Assembly (NCBI GenBank): GCA_963719315.1
Contig: CAVRBU010000003.1
Coordinates: 400,206 to 464,205, forward strand
DNA: 64,000 nt
Source: an uncultured Planctomycetota bacterium
Lineage (GTDB): Bacteria > Planctomycetota > Planctomycetia > Pirellulales > Lacipirellulaceae
Direction: 5' to 3'
Under the pieces are notes generated by a model. The model was not told the DNA's origin. It was given only the letters and a program-made list of their open reading frames with translations, and searched no databases. Positions 11,086-21,409 of this stretch are shown piece by piece (the stretch's first letter is position 1; every line of letters begins with the position of its first letter). The translations under genes and the position numbers were made by a program.

Positions 11086-13929
11086 TCACTCCAACCCGTA
11101 GGCACCGACGGGCGGAATCTCGATGCCGGTTTTGCGGGTGACGTTGAGGTTGGGCAGGAACCGGGGCTCGATGAGGAAATGGGCGCCGACCGTGCCTTTG
11201 GATTCGTCCACGTTCGCGCCGACGGTGGTGATGAGCGATTCACCGATGCGGCTAAAGGCGACGAACTGGCCAATGTTACCGGTTGGGCCGAAGTCGATGC
11301 TCGAGCTGACCGAGCCGATCCACTTCTGGCTCATGCGGTAGTTGATGGTCGCATTGAGGACGTCGGCCTCGAACAGGCCGGTGGCGGCGCGGAAACCGAG
11401 ATAGAAGTTTCCGGTCCGCGGTCGATTGACCAAGAGACCGATTGAGGCCGTCTTGAGGGCGTCGCCGAACGTGTCGGCGTAGCCATCGGAGAGGATCGAG
11501 AAACGATCGCCCAGGTACCAGTGCAGATCGTAGTCGAGCAGGCCGACCTCCTGGCCGGCATTGTCGCGATTGGCGTCCGGAAACACCGTGGCGTTGGCGT
11601 CGAACGTTACCCAATCGACGATCCGCTGGTCATCCGGGCCGCCGTGCTTGGTCTGCAGGCGATGATGCATGCCGAGGCGGAGGGCGGTAAGGTCGTCGGC
11701 GATTTCGCTGGAAGGGGACGTGACCCAATCCTGCAGGCCGGAGCGGAGGGCCACGAACCGCGGGTCGAATTTGGTATCGATGAACGAAGGCGCACCGGGG
11801 ATATAATACACGCCGGCAAGCGTGCCGGCGAATTGTGGACCGCCGAACGGCGAAAAGAACAGCCGGCGACGGAAGTCTTCGATCGAGTTATCGTCCAATT
11901 CATCGTAGAGCGGAAAGCGGTTGAGGCTCTGCGTGGCATCGGCCCACGAGAACTGGGCATCGAACACCACCTTGTGGGCCAAACCGTTCAAATTGAAGAG
12001 CGCGTTGCGGATCGTGGGGTCGGCATACCAGAACGGAATGCTGGCGCGGACGCCGGCGTTGACGAAAGCGCGATCGACGGGGTCGCCGTTGATGTCCTGG
12101 CCCCAATGGCCGAGTTCGCCGAGCGCGAAGGGCACGACCTTGAACGGCGCGAAGTCGAGCGGCCAATCGAGCTCTTGCCGGGTAATGAGCCGCTCGCCCT
12201 GGCCCGTGATTGGGTTGCCGAGACTATCTTCTTCCCACGGGAATAGTTCGAACTCTGACGCCAACTGCGGATTCGAGGGAGTCGTGGCGATGCCGATGTT
12301 GGCATACGCAAGGTTCGAGTGCTCGAACCAAGTGAGGTTGTCGTCGATGAGCGGTTCGCCGAGCCAGTAGTGGTCGAGGCGCGGCAGCCACTGGGTTTGC
12401 GTGAAGAAGTCGTTCAAGCGGACGTTGGACTCAACCGAGAGCGACTGGTTGTCGTACGTCCGCTTGAGTCGCACGCCGGTGAGCTGGTCCTTGTTCTGGT
12501 CCCACTCTTGTTCGTAGTACTCTTCGAGGAACGTGCGGTCGCTAAGCCAGCCGACTTCGGCTTGCACGGTCCAGTCGTCGAGCGGGCCGCCGATGAGGTG
12601 CTGTTGATGGTTCCAGAACATGCGGCCGCGGAATTGCGCTTCGGGCACAATGTGGCGGCGATCGAGGCCCAGATTATCGATCCCCGTGTCGTTGATAAAC
12701 CACACATCGGCCCGGCCGGTCGTGGGGCCATCGAGCACGAAGAAGGAATCGCGAGCGTACTCGACGCCGCTGCCGTAACCGAACCCGCGCAGGCTTAGGT
12801 AGTCGAGGTCGAGGTTCCACTTCACGCCGTCGGGCGCTTGGATGCCGGTGAGTTGGAAGGCGTCGAGCTCGACGAGCGCCTGGTAGCCGAAGATCGAGTC
12901 GTGGCGGAAGCGGAAGTTGTTGATGTAGTAGCTGGGTTTCTCCAGATCGGTGGCGAGCGTGGGCCAGTAGAATACGGGCACATCGCCGACATAGAGGAAG
13001 TTGCTTTTGGCCTCGGCCATACGCCGGTGCGTGGCAACCGGGCGACCCGTGGCGGGATCGATGGCCGGCACGCCGGTGATCGGATCGACCAGAGGTTGCT
13101 GCAGGTCCTCGAACGTGATCTGGTCGGAGGTGAACGCATAGCTGGGATCTTCGAGCCGGCTGGTGGTGACGAGGCCGTTCTCGGCGACGAAGTGGGCGTT
13201 GTCGAGTTGGCGAATTGCAGCCGCCCGAAGCCGGACGATGCCGGCATACGAAGCGTTGTTGATTTGCGGTACGGATGCGATCAACTCGCCGTTCAGGATC
13301 ACGCCGATCTGGCGGCGGACATCGTAGAACATGCGGTCGGCGTACACGGTGCGGTCGCCTTGGCGGAAAACGATGTTGCCTTCCATGTAGATTTCGAGCG
13401 GCGTCTCGCTGGATTGGGTCGCGCCGCCGCCGAGGCCGGCATTCAAGTCGCCGACTCCCCATATGACGACGCGGTCGGTTTCGATGTCAATGTCGCCGAG
13501 CGGACCGAACGTGGCGGGAAGGCCGTCGACGGAAAGACCTTGCACAACGACGTTGACGCCGCCGCTGAGCACCATCACTTGTTCGCCCTGCGGCGTGGTG
13601 AACGATTCAGCGTTCGGCCCCATGCCTTCGGAACGCGGCATGATTTTTATGCTGCGAAAGCTGGACCGCGGCGGCGCGGTCGATTGCGGCGCGGGCACGG
13701 TTTGCAGCGGCGTGAACGGGGTTGCCGGCAATTGAGCCGTTTGGATGGCAGCATCGACGGGCGGCAGACGCGTGACCGGCGCGGCGGCGGGCGGTTGGGC
13801 GACCACACGGGTGCTACTGGTTCCGCCAGTGACGATTGATATTGCGCACAGCACTGGCAGAGCCAGTGGCAACCAGCGCGCACGGGGAGCGCAGCGGTTG
13901 CGGCGAGGCGCTCGGGGGCGCCGTTGCAT
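11086..13929 (-). CDS. lptD: LPS-assembly LptD/OstA-like outer-membrane protein
   Basis: EIYMEGNIVFRQGDRTVYADRMFYD OstA-like N-domain and a long aromatic beta-strand region; start uncertain. Confidence 0.7.
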   Translation of the reverse strand: MQRRPRAPRRNRCAPRARWLPLALPVLCAISIVTGGTSSTRVVAQPPAAAPVTRLPPVDAAIQTAQLPATPFTPLQTVPAPQSTAPPRSSFRSIKIMPRSEGMGPNAESFTTPQGEQVMVLSGGVNVVVQGLSVDGLPATFGPLGDIDIETDRVVIWGVGDLNAGLGGGATQSSETPLEIYMEGNIVFRQGDRTVYADRMFYDVRRQIGVILNGELIASVPQINNASYAGIVRLRAAAIRQLDNAHFVAENGLVTTSRLEDPSYAFTSDQITFEDLQQPLVDPITGVPAIDPATGRPVATHRRMAEAKSNFLYVGDVPVFYWPTLATDLEKPSYYINNFRFRHDSIFGYQALVELDAFQLTGIQAPDGVKWNLDLDYLSLRGFGYGSGVEYARDSFFVLDGPTTGRADVWFINDTGIDNLGLDRRHIVPEAQFRGRMFWNHQQHLIGGPLDDWTVQAEVGWLSDRTFLEEYYEQEWDQNKDQLTGVRLKRTYDNQSLSVESNVRLNDFFTQTQWLPRLDHYWLGEPLIDDNLTWFEHSNLAYANIGIATTPSNPQLASEFELFPWEEDSLGNPITGQGERLITRQELDWPLDFAPFKVVPFALGELGHWGQDINGDPVDRAFVNAGVRASIPFWYADPTIRNALFNLNGLAHKVVFDAQFSWADATQSLNRFPLYDELDDNSIEDFRRRLFFSPFGGPQFAGTLAGVYYIPGAPSFIDTKFDPRFVALRSGLQDWVTSPSSEIADDLTALRLGMHHRLQTKHGGPDDQRIVDWVTFDANATVFPDANRDNAGQEVGLLDYDLHWYLGDRFSILSDGYADTFGDALKTASIGLLVNRPRTGNFYLGFRAATGLFEADVLNATINYRMSQKWIGSVSSSIDFGPTGNIGQFVAFSRIGESLITTVGANVDESKGTVGAHFLIEPRFLPNLNVTRKTGIEIPPVGAYGLE

Positions 13930-14162
13930 CGAAATTGGTTTACGCGACGAGATCAGACCGGCGTCCTTGCCAGGAAAAGTGCGCACGCGGCGCGTCGATT
14001 GTCGGCCGCTTCGCGTAACGCAAAGCGGCGCCGACAATTAGAAATAGCCGCGGCGAAAAATGCGGCGGATTATAAGAGCGGGGCGCGCTAGCGGTCAATT
14101 GCGGTTCGTGGCGATAGCAGGCATCGTAAGGTGTGGGCTGGCAATGGTTTGCAAGAGAAGGG

Positions 14163-14298
14163 CTCACCCCAAGGCGCTGAGGCGCAAAGGAGAACTGCGA
14201 ATGGGCCGTATTGGGTGCTGAAAAACTACAAGCGTTCCGCAAGCGGAAAGATGATGCGATAGCTTGATTATTCAGCGGCTTTGCGGCTTTGCGTGAGA
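14163..14298. repeat. Imperfect inverted octamer-type repeat (ctcac...gcgcaaagg / gcggctttgcggctttgcgtgag)
   Basis: Related to the arms at 38263-38330; the right arm supplies the C-terminus and stop of the deiodinase-like gene. Confidence 0.55.
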
Positions 14299-15081
14299 TA
14301 CGGTTGGCAAATTCGCTGCGAGCCAGGCGCGGAGGCGGGCCGCGTCGGTGCCGCGCGGCGAAGGATCGCTCGCGAACAAAATGTGGCCATCCGTGCCGAC
14401 GACGACCATGCGGTTCGGCCAGCCGGCATACGCCCGGCCGACCTGGTTGTCGATCGCATCCACGGCGATCGGCATGCTGAGTTTCAACGTCCGCCCGCAA
14501 GCGGTCGCGGCCGCCGTGCGCTCATCGGACGTCGCGGCCTGCGGAATTTTCGTGAGCGTTGCCGTTCGCTGGCCATCGACGAGCGACAGCACCGAATCGG
14601 GATGCGCCTCGCGGATGTAGACGAACAAGAATTTGGCCTGATCGCGGAAGTCGCGGTAGACGTCGTCAATCCCTTCCAATGCACGGCGGAACGGCGGGCA
14701 AGTGACGCTGCCGAAGATGAGCACGACGGGTTTTTGCGAGCGCAATTCTTTGAGCGAAACCGTCCGGGGACTGTCCTCCTTGCCCTTGGCCTTGATGCTT
14801 TGATTTGTGTCGCGCCCATTTCGCTTGCCGCGCTCGGCGATTGCCTTCGCCTCCTCCGTCCCATTCGCGAGTGGGAGAGTAAATTCTGGCGCGGCCGCGC
14901 CAATCTGCAACTGATCGCGCCACCGCTCACTCAAATCCGGGGCCGTAATGATCTCGCCAGGCTTGGCTCCTTGCCGCGCGCCCCGCGCCCGCGTCGCGCG
15001 ATCGGGCGGCTGGGCCCATGACGGCGCAATCGCTGGAACGGAAACCAGCATAACAAATAGCGACAAGACGGTGACACGCAT
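14272..15081 (-). CDS. Iodothyronine-deiodinase-like thioredoxin-fold protein with signal peptide
   Basis: PVVLIFGSVTCPPF, FVYIREAHP and DAIDNQVGRAYAGWPNR motifs; Cys at the Sec position. Confidence 0.8.
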   Translation of the reverse strand: MRVTVLSLFVMLVSVPAIAPSWAQPPDRATRARGARQGAKPGEIITAPDLSERWRDQLQIGAAAPEFTLPLANGTEEAKAIAERGKRNGRDTNQSIKAKGKEDSPRTVSLKELRSQKPVVLIFGSVTCPPFRRALEGIDDVYRDFRDQAKFLFVYIREAHPDSVLSLVDGQRTATLTKIPQAATSDERTAAATACGRTLKLSMPIAVDAIDNQVGRAYAGWPNRMVVVGTDGHILFASDPSPRGTDAARLRAWLAANLPTVSHAKPQSR

Positions 15082-15278
15082 GGCGGCACCCCCGTTAGAG
15101 ATTCGCATTGAATTGCCTGCTCAGTAAACACCGGAAGTTAAATATTGTTTCGGATGAAATTCATAGGCTTCACTGACTTTGGCCCTGCCAGACGCGGCGA
15201 AGCAAATAGCGTATAATCGTTTAAGGGCACGTTCACGGAGAAGGAATTGTACCCGTCTTGCCGCGGAGAAGCTTCACT

Positions 15279-15545
15279 ATGAATCGCCAGCCACGATACA
15301 GCAAGGAAGAGCATGCCCAGCGGGGGGAGGACGTGTACGAGCAACGACTGCGTGCCCAACTCGAACCGGACAAAGACGGCAAGATCGTCGCAATTGACGT
15401 CGATACTGGCGAGTACGAGGTGGCCGAGAAGGTGCTCGCGGCATCCCAGCGGTTGCTAGCCCGTTTGCCGGATGCTCAAGTTTGGTGTGTCCGGATCGGC
15501 CACCGCGCGGTACACCGCTTTGGTCCCCGCTCCACGAGCGCTTAG
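15279..15545 (+). CDS. Small hypothetical protein typically paired with clan AA aspartic proteases
   Basis: RGEDVYEQRLR...GKIVAIDVDTGEYEV pattern. Confidence 0.7.
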   Translation: MNRQPRYSKEEHAQRGEDVYEQRLRAQLEPDKDGKIVAIDVDTGEYEVAEKVLAASQRLLARLPDAQVWCVRIGHRAVHRFGPRSTSA

Positions 15546-15546
15546 C

Positions 15547-15916
15547 ATGATTTCCGGGACGGTCACTGATTTATTGGAAGCGACAGTCTCGCTGGAGGTG
15601 CGTGGCGACGACGGGAAATCGCATCCAGTTACGGCAATTATTGATACGGGCTTTAGCGGCGAACTGACTTTATCGCAATCGCTGATCGATTCCCTCCAGT
15701 TGCCGTAGCTATGTCGCCAACAAGGCATACTTGCCGACGGCAGCTTGCGCACGTTCGATGTCTACACGGGAATAATCGTGTGGGACAATCGCGAGCGAAT
15801 CATCGAGATCGAGTCTGCAGAAATCGATCCGCTACTTGGTATGTCATTGTTAGAGGGTAACCAAGTTGCATTGGATGTGCGCAGGTGGCAAGGTGACGAT
15901 AGAAAAAGGCACATAA
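15547..15916 (+). pseudogene. Clan AA aspartic protease (AF_0612-like), internal TAG at 15706 and frameshift near 15882
   Basis: AIIDTGFSGELTL...LADGS...PLLGMSLL continues in frame across the stop. Confidence 0.8.
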
Positions 15917-15922
15917 TCTGTT

Positions 15923-16339
15923 ATGAGTGCGGCAACTTCGGGTAGGCCCGATCGACGCTATCTGAACCTCGTGCGCCAATTTCCGCTGCGGCCGATTCGC
16001 AGCAAGCGTGATCTGGACCGGGCGATGAAGATCGCCGGCCACCTGGCGACCTATGACGAGAAAACGCTGCCCCCCGGCGAGCAGGACTACCTGGATGCAC
16101 TCACCGTATTCAACGAAGACTACCAGCGACGGCATCCAGTGGATTTGCCCGAGGTGACACCGCTAGCGATGCTCAAGCACCTGATGGAACAGCACGGCAT
16201 GAATGTCACCGAGCTGGGCCGCATCATCGGCAGCCAGTCGAATGCAGCCCTCATACTGTCCGGCAAGCGGGCGATTAGCAAGCACGTGATGGGGTTGTTG
16301 AGCGAGTACTTCGGAGTGGCGCGCGGGGTGTTTGTGTGA
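15923..16339 (+). CDS. HigA-like HTH antitoxin / transcriptional regulator (orphan)
   Basis: FPLRPIRS...LKHLMEQHGMNVTELGRIIGSQ...ILSGKRAIS. Confidence 0.8.
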   Translation: MSAATSGRPDRRYLNLVRQFPLRPIRSKRDLDRAMKIAGHLATYDEKTLPPGEQDYLDALTVFNEDYQRRHPVDLPEVTPLAMLKHLMEQHGMNVTELGRIIGSQSNAALILSGKRAISKHVMGLLSEYFGVARGVFV

Positions 16340-16408
16340 TGGAACCGCTCCGACGCGCCGATATTCGACAACGCATTGCCTCCTCTTATTAATCCGGCGA
16401 GGATACGG

Positions 16409-16822
16409 TCATCGTGGTTCAATGCCATTCATTTTCGCCTGCTCGTTCCAGTACTCACGGCTGCAAAACTCTGGAACGATCTTCAATTCCATGTTTGCTC
16501 GATCCACTAACTTGGACATGAGAATCGCGTACATTTCGCCCGTATTTGAATCTCGGTGCGTTGTGACAATCTCCTCACTCACATCTTCACCAATCTTCAA
16601 ATAATCATGGCTATATGTTGGAATCGGGTTAGCATCGAACATGTCGAACAGCATTGCCGGTGTTGGCCTGAGATAATTTACACCAATAACACTTTCCGAC
16701 ACATCCCTGATCCTCCCTTGCTTCCGCATCTCTTCCCACCAGCGCTTTGTCACAGTACGACACTGCCCGTTCGACAATTGAATTTGCTTCTTTTCGCCGA
16801 ACAACCAATCCCAGAAACCCAT
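16409..16822 (-). CDS. Hypothetical protein (AT-richer)
   Basis: ORF starting MGFWDWLFG; atypical composition. Confidence 0.55.
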   Translation of the reverse strand: MGFWDWLFGEKKQIQLSNGQCRTVTKRWWEEMRKQGRIRDVSESVIGVNYLRPTPAMLFDMFDANPIPTYSHDYLKIGEDVSEEIVTTHRDSNTGEMYAILMSKLVDRANMELKIVPEFCSREYWNEQAKMNGIEPR

Positions 16823-16868
16823 TGAGCATCGCATGACAGTGTTTGACCATTTGTGCTTGCAGGTTGCC

Positions 16869-17471
16869 TTAAATCGAATTTTCCGAAACTATCGATACGT
16901 TGACGATAGCCGAATACTTGAATGGAAATCTCAACAATACCTGATCTGACGTTTTATCAATGATATCCTTGGAAACCGCCGACCAAAGGTCTGCTGATAA
17001 ATTGGCATCAAGGAAATTATCTTCGAGCGTGCGCAAGGCAGTAGCACAATCGCCTCCGTTGATCGCAGCTTGACGTCGAAGTGACTGAAGGTCGTCAGGC
17101 GGAATGTACCGCGGGCCATAATCTAATATGTGACACCACACGAGACTGTCGATGTAAGCGACGATATCTCTGGTATCAACGTCAATTACATGAAGGTATT
17201 GGCCAACCTCGACACGGAGAGAAGAGTTATTTTGAACACCCCAGACAACTTGGTCGTCGCTCAGCTTGCCCTCCTCTATAAGCTTGTCGTAAAGCTTTCG
17301 CTGAGCAGCCTTTATCGTTGGGTTATCCCTATATGAACCGAGATCCAGGTTTATGGGCCCGGCAAATTCTCGCAGATCGTAGCCTTGAGTTGTTCGAACT
17401 CGCATTTTGGAATTCGTGGGTATCGGCCCGTTAACGCGCAATATCTCGAACCTTTGGAACGAAGTGTTCAT
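16869..17471 (-). CDS. Hypothetical protein (AT-richer; possibly chimeric N-terminus)
   Basis: 200-aa ORF; alternative start at 17405. Confidence 0.55.
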   Translation of the reverse strand: MNTSFQRFEILRVNGPIPTNSKMRVRTTQGYDLREFAGPINLDLGSYRDNPTIKAAQRKLYDKLIEEGKLSDDQVVWGVQNNSSLRVEVGQYLHVIDVDTRDIVAYIDSLVWCHILDYGPRYIPPDDLQSLRRQAAINGGDCATALRTLEDNFLDANLSADLWSAVSKDIIDKTSDQVLLRFPFKYSAIVNVSIVSENSI

Positions 17472-17643
17472 AGGCAGCCCTGCCTTCGACGGTAAATGAG
17501 ATGTCCTCTGTTGCCAATGGCGAAAGAGCGGACTTGGGGACGAGAGTGTACCCGTCGTCAAACGTCTTGAACGGAAACCGGCCGGCAAGATAGCCGAGCG
17601 CCTTACGTTCCGAGTCCGAATTGGGAAAGCGGACTTTGATCAT
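17431..17643 (-). CDS. Small hypothetical protein (TA-like module member)
   Basis: MIKVRFPNSDSERKALGYLAGRF...; overlaps the start of the next gene. Confidence 0.6.
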   Translation of the reverse strand: MIKVRFPNSDSERKALGYLAGRFPFKTFDDGYTLVPKSALSPLATEDISFTVEGRAAYEHFVPKVRDIAR

Positions 17644-17692
17644 ATTTTGAGCATACGCGCATCCAACGCTGCAACAAGATGACATAACAAGT

Positions 17693-20044
17693 CTACTGGT
17701 TCAGCGAATACAACAGCACGTTCAGCCCAATCCGTGCGGCGTCTTGTTGGGTGTAGCCGCGGCAGCCGATGGCTTCGTGGCTTTCCAGCGCGCAGCTGAT
17801 GTCGTACGGCGAAAAGATCACGGCCCAGCGGCCATCGAGTTGAATGCCTTCGAGTTGCGGCTCGACCTGACGGACGCGGGCGGCGATCGGTTGTTTGCCA
17901 TCTCCGGCCGCTTCGGGGTCGCGGAGGGAGACGTTGCGAATGTCGTAGCCACCGTAGGCATTCGTGAAGAGCGGGTCGTTGATCGGGATGCGTGAAAACG
18001 TGTGGCCGGCGAGCGCGGCAGTGACTTCGCGGCGGAAAGCGGCGGCGAACGGTTTGCTCGCGCAGATCGAATCGGCGAGCAGCGTGCCGCCGCGTTCGAG
18101 GTATTGGCGGAGTTGCGTGCGCTCGGCGTCGGTGAGGTGGAAGTCGTAGCGGCCGTGCATGAATGCCAGGTGATAGCGGAACAGGCTGGGGTCGCTGATG
18201 TTGATCAGGTCAGGGGCGGCGCGGACTTGAAGTTTCAGCTCGCCTTGTGAGGCGGTGCGGAGCAGGTTGAGGAGCGCGCCGGGCGCGTCGTTGCAGCCGC
18301 CGCCGTGGCGGAGCTTGGCGATTTCGATCACTCCGCGGGTGGTTCCGTCCGCTGAAGCGGCCTCGCCGGCGGGCGTGTCGAAGCTTTGTTCTTTGCCTTT
18401 GGGTTCGCGGTTGGTGGCGTAGGTGAGGATGTTGACGCCGATGGCCAGCGCGTCGGCGATATGTTGGACGACATCGGCCGGATAGTGATTCCATTGGCCA
18501 GGGCGAGCAAGCTCCCAGTAACATGACAAGTCCTGATCGCAGTAGACGACGCACGTGCGGCAACCGTATTCCACGCCATACAAATGACCGGCGTAGGGCG
18601 AGTCGGGCCGGACCATGTCTTGCATTCGCCACACGGGATGGCCGGGCGGTATCGGTTGCAGTTTGTACTCGGACTCCGGGAAAACGGCAGACATCAATTG
18701 TCGAAACGCCGAGTCAAAACGGCTCGAATCGGTACAGCAGGCTTCGGCGCAGATGAAGCCGCCGCGGTCGACATAGTCGCGCAGCTTCTGCGCGTGAGGC
18801 TGCAAACTCGGCGCCTGGCTGCCGCTGATGTAGAGCACCGGCGCTTGCAACAAATCTTCGACGCTGGCCTTCGCGGGATCCATCACCTGCCAGGTTAGGC
18901 CGAGGCCCCAGGCGTCTTCGGCGTACTCGGTCAGGTGGGCGGCGTCTCGGCGGTGTTGGTTCCAGGCGTCGCCTTCGCCGTACTTGACCTTGGCCATGAC
19001 GACGGGGCGGCGGCCCTTCGACAGGAACAATAGGGCCATCGCGGTGCTGATGCGCGGCTCGCGCTCGGCGTACCAAGTTCCCTTCCAATAATGCGAGAGG
19101 GAATCTTGTTCGCGGGCGAGGAACTCCGCGCCTTCACGGTACCAATCGTGGTCGCCGATGAAGCGGTGGGCGGTGAGGCGGCCGGCGCGTTCGACGCCGT
19201 ACAGATAATAGTAGAGACACGCCTGGCCGCCACCGGCGGGGCGCGGGTTGTGATTGACCGAGAAGTGCGTGGCCAGCCAACCGATCGCGCGGTCGAGCTT
19301 GTCGTCGACATCGTGCGGCCGGCAACAAATCACGCGGCCGTTTTCGACGGTTGCGTCGCCCGACTCCAGCGCGGCCGACGAGACGGCCAAGCCGCCGATG
19401 CCGGCGCAAGTCATGCTACCGGTGCCGGAATCGCCCGGCACGTAGCCCCACGAGCCGTCTTCGTTCTGCGTGGTGCGCCAATAGTTGGCGGCGAGAACCC
19501 AAGTGTCGTGGCTGACATCGGCGCCGATTCGCTGCGCGTCAAACAACGCCAGCACGGCGAATTGCGAGTTGCTGTTGTCGCCGCCGGGTCCGGGATAGGA
19601 CCACGCACCCTTCCGCTGGCCGTCTTTGATTTGATGCTCCTCCAGCCACTTCACGTTGCGGCGGATATCGAGCATATCTCTTTTCGGCTCCGCGGCGCAG
19701 AGAACCATCGTCTGCAGCGAAACCGTATACGTTTTGTCGGGTTCGAGGCTACGCAGATATTTGATACCCTGCTGCACGACCGGGTCGTCGACGGGTACGC
19801 CGGAATTGATGAGCGCGAGCGTGCAGAGGGCCGTGACGCCCCCTTCGTAACCGGGCAATTCGCCCCACCGGCCGCGCGGTTGCTGGTCGCGCTTGAGGTA
19901 GGCAACTCCGCGATCGATCGACTCGATGACTTGGGCGGCGTCGATCGGCCGTTCTTGCGGTTTTTGAGCTAGCGTTCTGGCGGGCGCTACAATTGTTACG
20001 ATCGGCAAGATCGCAACGAAGGATAGCGCCGGGTGAAGTCGCAT
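17693..20044 (-). CDS. Prenyltransferase/squalene-cyclase-like repeat + two DUF4159 domains
   Basis: GDNSNSQFAVLAL, QNEDGSWGY, YYYLYGVERAG and HDWYREGA; DUF4159-like LRDYVDRGGFI and YLERGGTLLADS. Confidence 0.85.
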   Translation of the reverse strand: MRLHPALSFVAILPIVTIVAPARTLAQKPQERPIDAAQVIESIDRGVAYLKRDQQPRGRWGELPGYEGGVTALCTLALINSGVPVDDPVVQQGIKYLRSLEPDKTYTVSLQTMVLCAAEPKRDMLDIRRNVKWLEEHQIKDGQRKGAWSYPGPGGDNSNSQFAVLALFDAQRIGADVSHDTWVLAANYWRTTQNEDGSWGYVPGDSGTGSMTCAGIGGLAVSSAALESGDATVENGRVICCRPHDVDDKLDRAIGWLATHFSVNHNPRPAGGGQACLYYYLYGVERAGRLTAHRFIGDHDWYREGAEFLAREQDSLSHYWKGTWYAEREPRISTAMALLFLSKGRRPVVMAKVKYGEGDAWNQHRRDAAHLTEYAEDAWGLGLTWQVMDPAKASVEDLLQAPVLYISGSQAPSLQPHAQKLRDYVDRGGFICAEACCTDSSRFDSAFRQLMSAVFPESEYKLQPIPPGHPVWRMQDMVRPDSPYAGHLYGVEYGCRTCVVYCDQDLSCYWELARPGQWNHYPADVVQHIADALAIGVNILTYATNREPKGKEQSFDTPAGEAASADGTTRGVIEIAKLRHGGGCNDAPGALLNLLRTASQGELKLQVRAAPDLINISDPSLFRYHLAFMHGRYDFHLTDAERTQLRQYLERGGTLLADSICASKPFAAAFRREVTAALAGHTFSRIPINDPLFTNAYGGYDIRNVSLRDPEAAGDGKQPIAARVRQVEPQLEGIQLDGRWAVIFSPYDISCALESHEAIGCRGYTQQDAARIGLNVLLYSLNQ

Positions 20045-20175
20045 ATCGCATCCTTGGCGGCCGGCGGGGCACATCGTCCGTAAGTAGTTTACGTTTCAGA
20101 GGTTGAAGCGGCAACGCGCTGCTGGCCGGGCGATTGTCGCTGTTGCAAGGCACCGATAGAATGCGGTTGGCGGCG

Positions 20176-20270
20176 GTCCGTTGTCGGTTGTCCGTGGTCC
20201 GTTGTTTCGCCACGGAATGCAACCCCCGAACCAATTTAACAACGGACATCGGACAACGGACTACTAACTA
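20176..20270. repeat. Inverted heptamer arrays (gtccgtt / aacggac)
   Basis: gtccgttgtcggttgtccgtggtccgttg ... aacaacggacatcggacaacggac between divergent genes. Confidence 0.75.
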
Positions 20271-20275
20271 ATCTT

Positions 20276-21322
20276 ATGTCAACTTCCACGCCGCCGACGA
20301 CGCCCCCGACAAAGACGCGCAATTTGGGCGACGTGTTGCAGGAGTTTCGCAACCATCGCATGATCATGCAGCGCGAACTGCAGAAGGTGATCGTCGGGCA
20401 GGACCTGGTGATCGAGCAAATCTTCGCGGCGATTTTCACGCGCGGCCATTGCTTGCTGGTCGGCGTGCCGGGGTTGGCGAAGACGCTCATCGTGAGCACG
20501 CTCGCCCAGATTCTCGATTTACAATTCAAGCGCATTCAGTTCACGCCCGATTTGATGCCCTCCGACATCACGGGCACGAGCGTGTTGGAAGAGGATGCCG
20601 AGGGACGGCGGTCGTTTCGCTTTGTGGAAGGGCCGATTTTCACGAACATCCTGCTGGCCGATGAAATCAACCGCACGCCGCCCAAGACGCAGGCCGCGCT
20701 GTTGCAGGCGATGCAGGAGCGCGAGGTGACGGCCGGGCAATCGACGTACTCGCTGCCGAATCCGTTCTTCACGATCGCGACGCAGAACCCGATCGAGCAG
20801 GAAGGCACATACCCGTTGCCCGAAGCACAGCTCGACCGGTTCATGTTCAACATCAAAGTCGATTACCCGTCGGTCGCGGAGGAAGAACAGATTCTCACGG
20901 CGACGACGCGGCAGGACAAGCCCGAAGTGAACAAGGTCCTGTCGGAGCGAGCGATATTGAACTTGCAGAAGTTGGTCGGCTCGGTTGCGGTCAGCGAGCA
21001 CATTATCAAGTATGCCGCGTCGGTCGTGAGGGCGACGCGGCCAAAGGATGCATCGGCGCCGAAGTTCGTGCAGGAGCTCGTCGATTGGGGCGCGGGGCCG
21101 CGGGCCGGGCAATTTCTCATCCACGGCGGCAAAGCGCTCGCGGCGATGGACGGACGATTCAGCGTGTCGATCGACGACGTGCAGAAAGTCGCCGTGCCGG
21201 TGCTGCGGCATCGGATCAGCACGAACTTCCAAGCACAAGCCGAAGGGATGACGGCCGAGGATGTGATCGCGCGGCTGTTGCGCGAGATCCCGGTGCCGGT
21301 GATCCCGAAGTTTGTTGGATGA
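20276..21322 (+). CDS. moxR: MoxR-family AAA+ ATPase
   Basis: [30 protein letters not shown] and [19 protein letters not shown]. Confidence 0.95.
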   Translation: MSTSTPPTTPPTKTRNLGDVLQEFRNHRMIMQRELQKVIVGQDLVIEQIFAAIFTRGHCLLVGVPGLAKTLIVSTLAQILDLQFKRIQFTPDLMPSDITGTSVLEEDAEGRRSFRFVEGPIFTNILLADEINRTPPKTQAALLQAMQEREVTAGQSTYSLPNPFFTIATQNPIEQEGTYPLPEAQLDRFMFNIKVDYPSVAEEEQILTATTRQDKPEVNKVLSERAILNLQKLVGSVAVSEHIIKYAASVVRATRPKDASAPKFVQELVDWGAGPRAGQFLIHGGKALAAMDGRFSVSIDDVQKVAVPVLRHRISTNFQAQAEGMTAEDVIARLLREIPVPVIPKFVG

Positions 21323-21401
21323 TGGATGCGGGATGCGGGGGGGCAGGGAAATACACTCGAATATCACGTACTTATTTCCTCCACCCCGCATCCTGCATCC
21401 T
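21317..21401. repeat. Inverted heptamer repeat (ggatgcg / cgcatcc)
   Basis: ggatgatggatgcgggatgcgggg ... ccccgcatcctgcatcct. Confidence 0.7.
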
Positions 21402-21409
21402 CAACACTC

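Noticed and set aside
9703..11445. Long plus-strand ORF (580 aa) and similar antisense ORFs (e.g. 1170-2765, 12838-13839)
   Set aside because: These are shadow frames of well-supported genes in high-GC DNA, with no motifs.
14690..14710. Selenocysteine in the deiodinase-like protein
   Set aside because: The codon is TGC (Cys), not TGA.
6261..15708. Amber readthrough or recoding at in-frame TAG codons (6261, 15706)
   Set aside because: TAG terminates many normal genes here, and both cases are in decaying accessory modules.
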